A stretch of 64,000 bases of DNA from a virus. Its lineage: Duplodnaviria; Caudoviricetes. How positions within the stretch are numbered: the stretch's first letter is position 1; every line of letters begins with the position of its first letter. The notes beneath the pieces are model-generated. The model saw only the letters and a program-made list of their open reading frames with translations. It did not search any database and had not been told where the DNA came from. Of this stretch, positions 1 to 9,155 are shown piece after piece. The position numbers and the translations under genes were made by a program. The DNA is taken from IMG/VR virus record IMGVR_UViG_3300032280_000800, positions 47,750 through 111,749 of that record. The stretch is one strand, 5' to 3'.

Positions 1-26
1 GAATTGGAAATGGGAAAAAATATATC

Positions 27-830
27 ATGGATAATTTTACAAAAATTAATCTGTGCTCAGCCATTCAAGAAAGTAATTCTAAAGAGGATATAGACTATTT
101 TATAGTATGTCACGATCAAGATATCATAATAGATGCTTTGCAAAAAAATAAATTCTCTGGACTCCCAAATTACAAGTTTATGTTTGTAGGACATAAACCG
201 ACTAATTTAATTGAAAATACAGAAAATGTCATTATTTGCAACAAGCTAGAGTTCAACATAGAACAATATCCGAAATTGTGCAGCTTCACAGCATGGTATG
301 CCGTGTCTAAAAATGGTCTTTCTAAGAAAAAATATTGCTGTTTATTGGAATATGATGTTGAACTATCTCAAGATTTTCATGAAAAAAACTTAGAAGCTAT
401 TTCAAAAGCGGGTGTGTGTTCTTATTTTATAGAACTTATAGATAATCCAGTATTCTCTGATGCAACACCTTGGCTTAATGTTTTTTTTAAAAAATACAAT
501 ATCAATACACCTAAAATATACAAAGAAAAATTTTGGCACTGTACTACTAATTTTATAGTAAGAAACGATATTCTTGAAAATTTTAATAATTGGTTTTATG
601 AAATAGCATCAATGTTTAAAGATTGCGATCTTGGAGCATATATGCATGAAAGAATGATAAATATTTATTGTATACTAAACGAAATCAATATAGAATATAT
701 CAAAAATAAATTAAAGCACTTTCAAATGTGCTCTCATCAAAAAGAAGACCTATTTATGATTGCTAAAAAATCTAATTTAGATCTCAATGTTGTTCTGAAA
801 TCGTACGAAGATAATATATCGAAGCATTAG
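27..830 (+). CDS. putative glycosyltransferase-like protein (GT-A-like)
   Basis: 267-aa ORF. 'CLLEYD' resembles a DxD-type motif and 'AYMHERMINIY' resembles the H/L-ER motif of sugar-transferase-associated families. Family not firmly identified. Confidence 0.45.
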   Translation: MDNFTKINLCSAIQESNSKEDIDYFIVCHDQDIIIDALQKNKFSGLPNYKFMFVGHKPTNLIENTENVIICNKLEFNIEQYPKLCSFTAWYAVSKNGLSKKKYCCLLEYDVELSQDFHEKNLEAISKAGVCSYFIELIDNPVFSDATPWLNVFFKKYNINTPKIYKEKFWHCTTNFIVRNDILENFNNWFYEIASMFKDCDLGAYMHERMINIYCILNEINIEYIKNKLKHFQMCSHQKEDLFMIAKKSNLDLNVVLKSYEDNISKH

Positions 831-840
831 AGATCTTCTC

Positions 841-869
841 TTGACACCATAGAAGGCATGAGATACAAT
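841..869 (+). promoter_or_regulatory. sigma70-type promoter
   Basis: TTGACA (841-846), 17-nt spacer, TACAAT (864-869), upstream of the 908 ATG. Confidence 0.75.
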
Positions 870-907
870 ACAGTATCAAATCCCATACAAAAACGTAAAT
901 AGTTGCT

Positions 908-1375
908 ATGCGACCATCCTGGAATCATTATTTTTTAGGACTAGCCAAGGTTGTTTCTCAACGTAGTCATGACATACACACCCAACACGGCTGTATCATA
1001 ACAGATCAACAAAATCGTATACTTGGAGTTGGATACAATGGTTTCCCCAGAGGTATGGACGACAATCTATTGCCGATAACAAGACCAGAAAAATATCATT
1101 GGATGATACACGCAGAACGCAATGCGCTGGCTAATTGTACAATTCGTCCAGATCATGGTATTGCCTATGTAACAGGACAAAGTTGTAATGACTGCATCAT
1201 GTCGTTATGGCAAGAGGGGGTTCATAAGGTTGTAATGTCAAACAGCCACGGAACAGTTCTTTTTGATCAAGAAGCCAAGCGCAGATTTGATACTTTTGTA
1301 GAACAAACAGGTATTGAGATAGTTAGAATAGATTCAGATATGTCTTGGATAAAAAATATTGTTGATGGTGTATAG
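908..1375 (+). CDS. dCMP deaminase
   Basis: GYNGFPRG, HAERNA and SCNDC (PCxxC-like) zinc-deaminase motifs. Confidence 0.92.
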   Translation: MRPSWNHYFLGLAKVVSQRSHDIHTQHGCIITDQQNRILGVGYNGFPRGMDDNLLPITRPEKYHWMIHAERNALANCTIRPDHGIAYVTGQSCNDCIMSLWQEGVHKVVMSNSHGTVLFDQEAKRRFDTFVEQTGIEIVRIDSDMSWIKNIVDGV

Positions 1376-1494
1376 TAAGTCATAAAATATAAATCATAAT
1401 CTTTTACATAGAGTTTTAAATTGACACATATAACTTTTTCTAATACAAAAGTTTTATCATTCGGAAAAAAGTCAATATAATCTAAGGAGCCCAA

Positions 1495-3687
1495 ATGTCA
1501 GCACTTCAAGAATTGCAGAATTATACTTTTGTTAGTAAATATGCCCGTTGGTTAGAAGATCAAAACAGAAGGGAAACGTGGAAAGAAGCTGTTGACAGAG
1601 TTAGAAATATGATGCATACAACGTATGCTGACAAAAATATTACGGCTGATATTGATTGGGCTTATGATATAATGTACAAAAAAAAGGTGCTTGGCAGTCA
1701 AAGAGCTTTACAGTTTGGTGGAGAGCCTATTCTAAAAAGACATGCCAAAATTTATAATTGTACCAGCTCTTATTGTGACAGATTAAGGTTCTTCCAAGAG
1801 TGTTTTTGGCTACTGTTGTGTGGCAGTGGCACGGGCTTTAGTGTACAAAAGCACCATGTTGCAAAACTTCCAAGTCTAGAACATAATCTAACATCGGAAA
1901 ATGGAACAAAATATTTTGTAGAAGATAGTATTGAGGGCTGGGCTGATGCTCTTGGAGTATTATTAAGCTCATATTCTAGTAAACCAATAGAAGAATTTAA
2001 AGAATATAAGAATGCCCATATTATATTCGATTATTCTAATATACGCAAAAAAGGCTCTTCTTTAAGTTCTGGTGTTGGTAAAGCTCCTGGTTTTGAACCA
2101 CTACAAAATGGTTTGGAAAAAATTCGAGCACTACTAGATAGATGTATAGCTAAAGGTCAGAAAAAATTAAGACCAATTGACGCATATGATATTATTATGC
2201 ACAGCAGTGATGCCGTATTGTCTGGCGGCGTTCGCAGAAGCGCATCGCTGGCACTTTTTAGTGCTGATGACGATGAGATGGCAAAAGCTAAGACCGGTAA
2301 TTGGTATATGGATAACCCACAAAGAGCAAGAAGCAATAATTCGGCATTATTGCTAAAAGACGATACTTCATTAGAGCAATTCGAAAAACTAATGGCTAGC
2401 GTGAAAGAATTTGGTGAGCCAGGATTTATTTGGAGTGATTCCACAGAAATGACTTTCAATCCGTGTGTAGAAGTGGGTATGTGGCCTGTGGATGAAGAAT
2501 CTGGTAAGTCTGGTTGGCAAGGATGTAATTTATCAACAATCAATTGCTCTTCTGTAGCAGATGAGGCGGATTTTTATGAAAGATGCAAGGCTGCTGCTAT
2601 TATAGGTACCTTACAGGCTGGTTTTACTAAACTAGATTATCTCGGTAAAATTAGTTGTAAAATCTTTGAAAGAGAGGCTCTTTTAGGAGTGTCTCTAACA
2701 GGTATTATGGAAAAACACGATATTATTCTAACAGAGAAAATACTAAAGCAAGGTGCCCAAATAGCCGTGGAGACTAACAAGCAAATTGCCAAAAAAATTG
2801 GTATCAATCAAGCCGCCAGAGTAACTTGTTTAAAACCAGAAGGTACTAGTAGTAGTATGTTAGGTACAAGCTCTGGCATACATCCGCACCACGCTAAACG
2901 CTATATAAGGCACGTACAGGCGAATGTTTTAGAGGCACCATACCAACACTTCAAAAAAGTAAACCCGCAGGCGTGTGAGAAATCCTCATGGTCTGCCAAC
3001 AATACTGATGAGGTTATTAAATTCCCCATAGAGGTACCAGATGGCGCTAAACTAAAGAATCAATTACCAGCAGTAGAAATGTTGTCGATAGTAAAAGAAA
3101 CACAAAAGAATTGGGTATATTCTGGTAAAAATAGGTCATTGTGTACACAAGCTTATTTGAGCCATAATGTGAGCAATACTGTTACGGTTAAACCAGACGA
3201 ATGGGACTCTGTAACAAAATATATCTATGACAATAGAAAGTTTTTTGCCGGTATTAGCCTAATCCCACAAAGTGGAGATAAAGATTATCCTCAAGCCCCC
3301 TTCACTACTGTTTATACAAGTAGGGAGGTGGTGAAGGAATACGGAGATGCTGCTTTATGGTGTTCTGGTTTAATAGAGTTAGGATTAAATGCCTTTAATA
3401 ATAATTTATGGGCAGCTTGTGACTATGTTAATCTTAATCAAGCAAAAGATGCTGATGGAGAAGATAAACTTAGATTCATAACTAAAATGAAGAATTTTGC
3501 TGGTAAATATTTTGAGGGAGATGTTAAAAGACTGACATACTGTATGAAAGATGTCTATAATTGGAAGTTATATTGTGATTTATATGAAAGTTTCTCGAAA
3601 GTAGATTATACACAACTATTTGAGGACGAGGACAATACCATAGGAATAGAAGAAATTAGTTGTGCCGGTGGCGCGTGTCTGATTTAA
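1495..3687 (+). CDS. nrdJ: class II (adenosylcobalamin-dependent) ribonucleotide reductase, monomeric RTPR-like
   Basis: IYNC, GGVRRSA, NPCVE active-site motif, KPEGTSS, C-terminal CAGGAC redox pair. SD AAGGAG before the ATG. No nrdB small subunit nearby. Confidence 0.85.
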   Translation: MSALQELQNYTFVSKYARWLEDQNRRETWKEAVDRVRNMMHTTYADKNITADIDWAYDIMYKKKVLGSQRALQFGGEPILKRHAKIYNCTSSYCDRLRFFQECFWLLLCGSGTGFSVQKHHVAKLPSLEHNLTSENGTKYFVEDSIEGWADALGVLLSSYSSKPIEEFKEYKNAHIIFDYSNIRKKGSSLSSGVGKAPGFEPLQNGLEKIRALLDRCIAKGQKKLRPIDAYDIIMHSSDAVLSGGVRRSASLALFSADDDEMAKAKTGNWYMDNPQRARSNNSALLLKDDTSLEQFEKLMASVKEFGEPGFIWSDSTEMTFNPCVEVGMWPVDEESGKSGWQGCNLSTINCSSVADEADFYERCKAAAIIGTLQAGFTKLDYLGKISCKIFEREALLGVSLTGIMEKHDIILTEKILKQGAQIAVETNKQIAKKIGINQAARVTCLKPEGTSSSMLGTSSGIHPHHAKRYIRHVQANVLEAPYQHFKKVNPQACEKSSWSANNTDEVIKFPIEVPDGAKLKNQLPAVEMLSIVKETQKNWVYSGKNRSLCTQAYLSHNVSNTVTVKPDEWDSVTKYIYDNRKFFAGISLIPQSGDKDYPQAPFTTVYTSREVVKEYGDAALWCSGLIELGLNAFNNNLWAACDYVNLNQAKDADGEDKLRFITKMKNFAGKYFEGDVKRLTYCMKDVYNWKLYCDLYESFSKVDYTQLFEDEDNTIGIEEISCAGGACLI

Positions 3688-3709
3688 CTCTATTCCGAAA
3701 GGTAATAAC

Positions 3710-4441
3710 TTGAGAAAAAAAACAACAAAGAAAAACCAGAAAAAAGCTCTAGATCTAACCAATAATTTAGTGCCAGAAGATCATGTTATTTTTAGTTTTA
3801 AGAATAGACTAAAGCCGAAAACACATAACCAAGCAGAATATATAAGAACGGTTGCAGAAAATACTATTACGTTTTGTCATGGTGTTGCCGGTAGTGGTAA
3901 AACGCACATTGCAATAGGTATGGCCTTAGAAGCTTTGTTGAATCAAAAAATTGAAAGAATTATAATCACAAGACCAGTATTAGAAGCTGGAGAAAAGCTT
4001 GGCTATTTACCAGGAACAGCAGAAGAAAAATTACATCCATATTTATTACCTATTTTAGATGAAATTAATTATTTTATAACATCACCATTATATAATAAAC
4101 TTAAACTTCTAAATAGAATAGAAATAGTTCCGCTAGGACTTATGAGAGGAAGAAGTTTCCACAAGTGTTTTATTGTTGCTGATGAGTGTCAAAATGCCTC
4201 CTACGACCAGTTAAAAATGTTATTAACCAGAATAGGGATGGATAGTAAAATGGTATTAACGGGAGATGTCGCACAATCTGATTTACAAAGATCATATCGT
4301 GGTGGTTTTGCTACTATGGCACAACTTCTTAGCGAAGTAAACGGCATTGGGGTTAGTAGATTAGAATATGTTGATATTGTTAGAAATCCTATTATAGCAC
4401 ATATTATATCCAAACTTGATGGTCATGAGCAAAATTCATAA
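3710..4441 (+). CDS. phoH: PhoH-family ATPase
   Basis: GVAGSGKT Walker A, TRP, LGYLPG, MRGRSF, DECQN, GDVAQSD motifs. Confidence 0.93.
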   Translation: MRKKTTKKNQKKALDLTNNLVPEDHVIFSFKNRLKPKTHNQAEYIRTVAENTITFCHGVAGSGKTHIAIGMALEALLNQKIERIIITRPVLEAGEKLGYLPGTAEEKLHPYLLPILDEINYFITSPLYNKLKLLNRIEIVPLGLMRGRSFHKCFIVADECQNASYDQLKMLLTRIGMDSKMVLTGDVAQSDLQRSYRGGFATMAQLLSEVNGIGVSRLEYVDIVRNPIIAHIISKLDGHEQNS

Positions 4442-5015
4442 AGCATGTTTACTGCTGAATGTAGACTATACTCCTGTGGCTATAATAGATTGGAAAAAAT
4501 CTATTTGTTGGTATATTAAAATACAAGAACAAACATACCCTAATGTTGATATTTTAGCATATCATGATGAATATATTATTGGGTTAAATAATCAATACAG
4601 ACTTCCATCTGTTATTAAGTCTAATACATATATTCAAACGTATAGAAAATATGTAAAATTCTCTAGAAAAAATCTATTTTTAAGAGATAACCATACTTGT
4701 CAATATTGTGGTAAACAATATCATCATCTTAAATTAACATATGATCATGTTATACCAAAATCTAAATGGAGAAATAACACATCCCCAACCTGTTGGCAAA
4801 ATATAGTTACTGCGTGTTGTAAGTGTAATCGTAAGAAAGCTAATAAAACACCAGAAGAAGCTGGTATGGCTCTATTAAATAAACCCAAAGTACCCACTTA
4901 TAATCATAAATACTTGCCATGGTTCCACGCCCTGTCTAATATAGAATATACTTCAGAGTGGGAAAATTTCATTAAAACGGAAGAGACGAATGAAAATCAA
5001 TATCAAAGATTTTGA
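4425..5015 (+). CDS. HNH endonuclease (McrA-like)
   Basis: LLLN..Y.P N-terminus, RDNHTCQYCG, TYDHVIPKS, NIVTACCKCNRKK. The ATG at 4425 is more likely than the track start at 4416. Confidence 0.88.
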   Translation: MSKIHKACLLLNVDYTPVAIIDWKKSICWYIKIQEQTYPNVDILAYHDEYIIGLNNQYRLPSVIKSNTYIQTYRKYVKFSRKNLFLRDNHTCQYCGKQYHHLKLTYDHVIPKSKWRNNTSPTCWQNIVTACCKCNRKKANKTPEEAGMALLNKPKVPTYNHKYLPWFHALSNIEYTSEWENFIKTEETNENQYQRF

Positions 5016-5403
5016 CATACAACACAAAGAAGATGAGCTTGTAACTAATAGATATTATACTCTTATGGATCAACAGGATTTCTTAGACAAGGACAATAAT
5101 CCATGCAGGAATGAACAGTCAGATATTGTCTATGCAAAAGCAATTCTTAATAAAAAACCTAAACATATTGCTGATAATAAAGTATATTATGCTTATTATG
5201 TTATGTTAAATCCAAAGAACGAACTATATAACCCCGTACAGATACACTCAACTATTAAAGAGAAATCTAAATTTGTAGATAAGGTTTGTAAAACTGAGTG
5301 GTTTTTTAAAGAAGTAGATAAGTCAGTTTTTGATACATATGTAGATTTTTTAAGAACTAAAAACTTAAGACTATTACAAAAGGCTAATAGGAGCTTGAAG
5401 TAA
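4990..5403 (+). CDS. hypothetical phage protein (paralog of 5740-6081)
   Basis: 137-aa ORF overlapping its upstream neighbour. Shares YAK..Y..N..NP..F..V...VF..Y..FL...N..LL pattern with 5740-6081. Confidence 0.7.
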   Translation: MKINIKDFDIQHKEDELVTNRYYTLMDQQDFLDKDNNPCRNEQSDIVYAKAILNKKPKHIADNKVYYAYYVMLNPKNELYNPVQIHSTIKEKSKFVDKVCKTEWFFKEVDKSVFDTYVDFLRTKNLRLLQKANRSLK

Positions 5404-5404
5404 G

Positions 5405-5752
5405 GTGCCAACCTATTCTTATAAGTGCGAAAAGTGTTCGCATGGCTTTGAATTGTTTTTCTCTATTAGTAATTATACTGATGGTCCTCAAAAATGCCCT
5501 GTATGCAAAGCAAAGTCTAATAGAGATTATAATGAAGACATATCCACACTCTCAGCATCGGTTAAAAAATCAGACAGTGAACTAAAAACGATAGGAGATT
5601 TAGCCAATCGTAATAGAGACAGAATGACTGAAGATCAAAAAACAACATTATACGAAAAGCATAATGACTATAAGGAAGTTACATCTGATAAGCCTCTACC
5701 TAGTGGCATGTCTAGAATGAAAAAACCAAACAAGCCCAAATGGCCGACCTGA
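5405..5752 (+). CDS. FmdB-family zinc-ribbon protein
   Basis: MPTYSYKCEKCSHGFE...CPVC signature; GTG start. Confidence 0.85.
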   Translation: MPTYSYKCEKCSHGFELFFSISNYTDGPQKCPVCKAKSNRDYNEDISTLSASVKKSDSELKTIGDLANRNRDRMTEDQKTTLYEKHNDYKEVTSDKPLPSGMSRMKKPNKPKWPT

Positions 5753-6081
5753 ATTTATCAAAAAGTATTTTTTATACTAGTTACTTATCAAAACATAATT
5801 TAGATGGAAATAATTGTGCTGTTGTTAATAAATGGTCGTCAGAAATATATGCTAAAAAAATCTCCGAAAACAATGTAATAATTTATCAGATATTATCTGT
5901 GAATAATAAAATTTTCAATCCATTTAGTATCTATGGAAGAAATAAATCAAAGAGTTTATTTGATAATAAAGAAGAAAAATTTATCAAAGTATCCGAAAGA
6001 GTATTTGAAATGTATATTAGGTTTCTTAATTCGCAAAACATGTCCCTGTTACACAATGTTCAAAGAGAGGTTTCTTTATGA
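5740..6081 (+). CDS. hypothetical phage protein (paralog of 4990-5403)
   Basis: 113-aa ORF overlapping both neighbours; motif similarity to 4990-5403. Confidence 0.65.
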   Translation: MADLNLSKSIFYTSYLSKHNLDGNNCAVVNKWSSEIYAKKISENNVIIYQILSVNNKIFNPFSIYGRNKSKSLFDNKEEKFIKVSERVFEMYIRFLNSQNMSLLHNVQREVSL

Positions 6082-6413
6082 AGAAAAATAAATCACAAGA
6101 GTATGCTATACTATGGCTTCATTCACAAAACAAAAAAAGTGGAGATATAGCGGATGAGCTTAATATCGGTATAGAGAAGGTAGAAGCTGTAATAAGAGTA
6201 AATTCCGAACCTAAGGCATCCACGAATGAGGGATCGGCAACAAAAAAGACAAGCAAGTCCAAGTCGTTAATGATCACGCAAACTTCAGCCAAACAAAGCA
6301 AAAGTGTTGCTATAATGACTTCTGAGGCTTCAATGCTAAATGACGAACTGAAAAAGAAATTTCCCGGAAAAACTAACGACACACAAAACTTTATTTTTAG
6401 ACCAAATGACTGA
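6078..6413 (+). CDS. hypothetical protein with N-terminal HTH-like segment
   Basis: SGDIADELNIGIEKVEAVI resembles a helix-turn-helix; ATGA overlap with the upstream gene. Confidence 0.55.
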   Translation: MKKNKSQEYAILWLHSQNKKSGDIADELNIGIEKVEAVIRVNSEPKASTNEGSATKKTSKSKSLMITQTSAKQSKSVAIMTSEASMLNDELKKKFPGKTNDTQNFIFRPND

Positions 6414-6840
6414 ACATAATTCATATCCATCCAAATACTCGAATGGGAAAAATGTATCTGCGGCACAATTTATTACAGAAATTATCTGTGAGAATAAAGC
6501 CATAAGAGAGAAAAAAGACTTACATTATAAGTTTTGGACAAATAAGGAGTGGGCACAATTTTATAGGAGTCAGATTGCAACAGCGCATAAGTTATTGCAA
6601 AAGTATGTGCCGAATGCAATTATTAAAGCATTAAAGAATACAAAAGCTCGTAATATTTATTCTTTGCGCGCCCCACACCTTATTCCTATCATAGACCAAG
6701 AGCAGGCTTTAATCGACAGTCAGCCTCAAGTTTCTAAGAATTATGACGAGAGCAGACAAGTACAAAATACTCAATTCCGTAAAACTACCCAACCTAAAAA
6801 TATTATTTCCAAATTAAGAGAGATAGATAATGGCACTTAA
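6406..6840 (+). CDS. hypothetical phage protein
   Basis: 144-aa ORF overlapping both neighbours in the operon. Confidence 0.7.
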   Translation: MTEHNSYPSKYSNGKNVSAAQFITEIICENKAIREKKDLHYKFWTNKEWAQFYRSQIATAHKLLQKYVPNAIIKALKNTKARNIYSLRAPHLIPIIDQEQALIDSQPQVSKNYDESRQVQNTQFRKTTQPKNIISKLREIDNGT

Positions 6841-7840
6841 AGAAGATGTTAAGAAAAATTTTGGTTCTGAAGTTATGCAAAGCGCTACCGCTCTAATCGA
6901 TAGAGAGTCAGTAATTATTCCTCTTTGTCCATCATTAGATATGATTCTTTCTGGAGGTGTTCCAGAAGGTAGTTTCGTGGTATTGACAGGTCAACCGAAG
7001 TGTGGTAAAACCACAACATCTTTGGACTTTGCAGCCACGGCACAAAAGGAAATGTATAAAGGTACACTTAAAAAGCCAAGACATGTGTATTACCTTAATA
7101 TAGAAGGTAGATTGAAAAAAAGAGATTTAGAAGGTATTAATGGATTAGATCTTGATAGATTTGATATTATTGGATCACAAGAAGGTAAAATTTTAAATGC
7201 AGAAGAATATCTGCAAATAGCTGAACGTATTATTAACGAGGAACCTGGATGTTTACTCATTATAGACTCGTACTCTGCGCTATGTACAGAAGCGGAGATA
7301 ACTTCTGATATGAACAAGATGCAAAGAGCTGACGGAGCTAAGCTATTAGCCAAATTTTGTAGAAAAGTTGCTAATGTTATTCCTGTTAATCGTAATATCG
7401 TAATAGGTATTACGCATCTTATGGGTAATCCAACAGGCTATGGAGCAGAATTTAAGGAGAAGAGCGGTCAGGCTATTGCATATCAAACAGATATCAAATT
7501 ACGAGCCAAGACTTTTAAGCCGTGGACTTTGGGAGCAGATAATACGCAGATAGGTCAAGAAGTAGAGTGGCAAGTTATATGTTCTGCTCTTGGACCACCA
7601 GGAGGAGTAGCAACATCTTATATCAGATATGGTTCTGGTATAGATAAGGTTACGGAAATTATGATGTTAGCTATTGATATAGGTATTATTAATAAGGGTG
7701 GTGCGTGGTATAGTTTTGATGTTGACGGAGAAACACAAAAGTTTCAAGGTACAGAAAAATTAAGACAGTTCTTAGTTGACCATCCCGAAAGCTATAATAA
7801 GATATTAGAAGAAACCAAGGCCACTATGGGTATTAAATGA
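6830..7840 (+). CDS. recA: RecA/UvsX recombinase
   Basis: LDMILSGGVP, GQPKCGKTT Walker A, IIDSYSAL Walker B, KGGAWYSF...KFQG C-terminal RecA motif. Confidence 0.93.
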   Translation: MALKEDVKKNFGSEVMQSATALIDRESVIIPLCPSLDMILSGGVPEGSFVVLTGQPKCGKTTTSLDFAATAQKEMYKGTLKKPRHVYYLNIEGRLKKRDLEGINGLDLDRFDIIGSQEGKILNAEEYLQIAERIINEEPGCLLIIDSYSALCTEAEITSDMNKMQRADGAKLLAKFCRKVANVIPVNRNIVIGITHLMGNPTGYGAEFKEKSGQAIAYQTDIKLRAKTFKPWTLGADNTQIGQEVEWQVICSALGPPGGVATSYIRYGSGIDKVTEIMMLAIDIGIINKGGAWYSFDVDGETQKFQGTEKLRQFLVDHPESYNKILEETKATMGIK

Positions 7841-8241
7841 ATACTATTGGATTAGATGGTTCTTCGCACAAGTTAACATTTTCTGGACTAACGTCTAAAA
7901 GTAGTATGAATAATAAATCTAGTTTTCATTTAGAAGCTAGACATATTTTGAAGGGATTATATCCGACACTACAAATTATTGAAGAAGTACCTATTTATAT
8001 TAGAAAATCAGAAATTTTATACATTGATTTTTTTATACCTCTAATTAAAAAATGTATAGAGGTTCATGGAGAACAACATTACGGATTTGTTGCATTTTAT
8101 CATAGATCAAAACTTGATTTTTTAAAACAAAAAAAGAGAGATAAAGACAAACAAGAGTGGTGTGATACCAATAATTTAACTTATGTAGAATTACCTTACA
8201 ACAAACAATCTGAATGGATAGAGATTATAAATAATGCATAA
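7837..8241 (+). CDS. DUF559/Vsr-like PD-(D/E)xK endonuclease
   Basis: YIDFFIP..KCIEVHGEQHY...RDKDKQEWC...ELPY pattern. Confidence 0.75.
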   Translation: MNTIGLDGSSHKLTFSGLTSKSSMNNKSSFHLEARHILKGLYPTLQIIEEVPIYIRKSEILYIDFFIPLIKKCIEVHGEQHYGFVAFYHRSKLDFLKQKKRDKDKQEWCDTNNLTYVELPYNKQSEWIEIINNA

Positions 8242-8722
8242 AACGAGCAAGGAAGAACTTGAACACTGGGATAAAATTTTAGACGAGTATGAATCTTCAT
8301 TGGGTATACCTAAGGTTATGGCCAACGTAGAATCTTCGGATGAGCTTAATCAATATTTATCAATGGATAGAAATACTATTGAAAAATTAACCCCAGAAGA
8401 TTGTTTTCAAATAGCATATCGTCTTGGTCAGATGGCTTTCCATATACAAAGAAATTTAAATCGTGAAATCGCAAGACACAATTGGGCTGAAGATACTGTG
8501 AAAATTGTGATTGCTGACGATATTAATAACTATAAAGGCTATGGATATATGGAAAAGTTATATCAGGCTATTAAGAATAATGAAAAAGCTAACAATTTAC
8601 ACAAGATACAAAAATATGCTAAACAAAGAATGGATAGATTGTCTTATTTAGCTAATAGTTTAAAGAATTTATCAGATATATTAATTGCTATTCAAAGAAA
8701 CAAGGTGAGAAATGTCAACTGA
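8234..8722 (+). CDS. helical protein, possibly a UvsY-like recombination mediator
   Basis: 162-aa amphipathic/coiled-coil ORF in the recA-dnaB block. Function inferred from context only. Confidence 0.4.
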   Translation: MHKTSKEELEHWDKILDEYESSLGIPKVMANVESSDELNQYLSMDRNTIEKLTPEDCFQIAYRLGQMAFHIQRNLNREIARHNWAEDTVKIVIADDINNYKGYGYMEKLYQAIKNNEKANNLHKIQKYAKQRMDRLSYLANSLKNLSDILIAIQRNKVRNVN

Positions 8723-9134
8723 TAATATTAATGATTTATTAAAAAATCCTGATCAGATTAAACAAATGATAGGACTATTGTCGGCTCTATTAGAGACAGC
8801 AAATACAAATGCGTCTTCTATTGGGACTGATATAGAAACTGAAGCAAAACCAAAACCACTACAAAGTAAAGAATTTAATACTAAGGAAACCAAAAAGAAA
8901 AAAACAACAAGAGAAAACAAGTTTCTTTCTATGCCAGAAGCTGCTATGTATAAAGAAGATCCAGAACTGGCACAAAAACTATATAAGCAGCCTCCCGTTG
9001 CTCGTAGTAGAAAGCCACAAATGGTGAGTGTTACATGTAGAGTTTGTGGAAAACAAGAGAAAGTACAATCCTCTTTATTGTATGGTGGTATAGATAGATT
9101 TAAGTGTAATAAGTGTTCGACAACGCCGGGCTAA
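8712..9134 (+). CDS. hypothetical protein with C-terminal zinc ribbon
   Basis: CRVC...CNKC at the C-terminus. Confidence 0.65.
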   Translation: MSTDNINDLLKNPDQIKQMIGLLSALLETANTNASSIGTDIETEAKPKPLQSKEFNTKETKKKKTTRENKFLSMPEAAMYKEDPELAQKLYKQPPVARSRKPQMVSVTCRVCGKQEKVQSSLLYGGIDRFKCNKCSTTPG

Positions 9135-9155
9135 TTAATAAAATATAAAGGATTT

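Noticed and set aside
1376-1494. Cobalamin riboswitch, NrdR box or sigma70 promoter upstream of nrdJ (TTGACA at 1421)
   Set aside because: The region is short and very AT-rich with no B12-box or clear palindrome. The -10 at 17-nt spacing (TACAAA) is weak, so it is not called.
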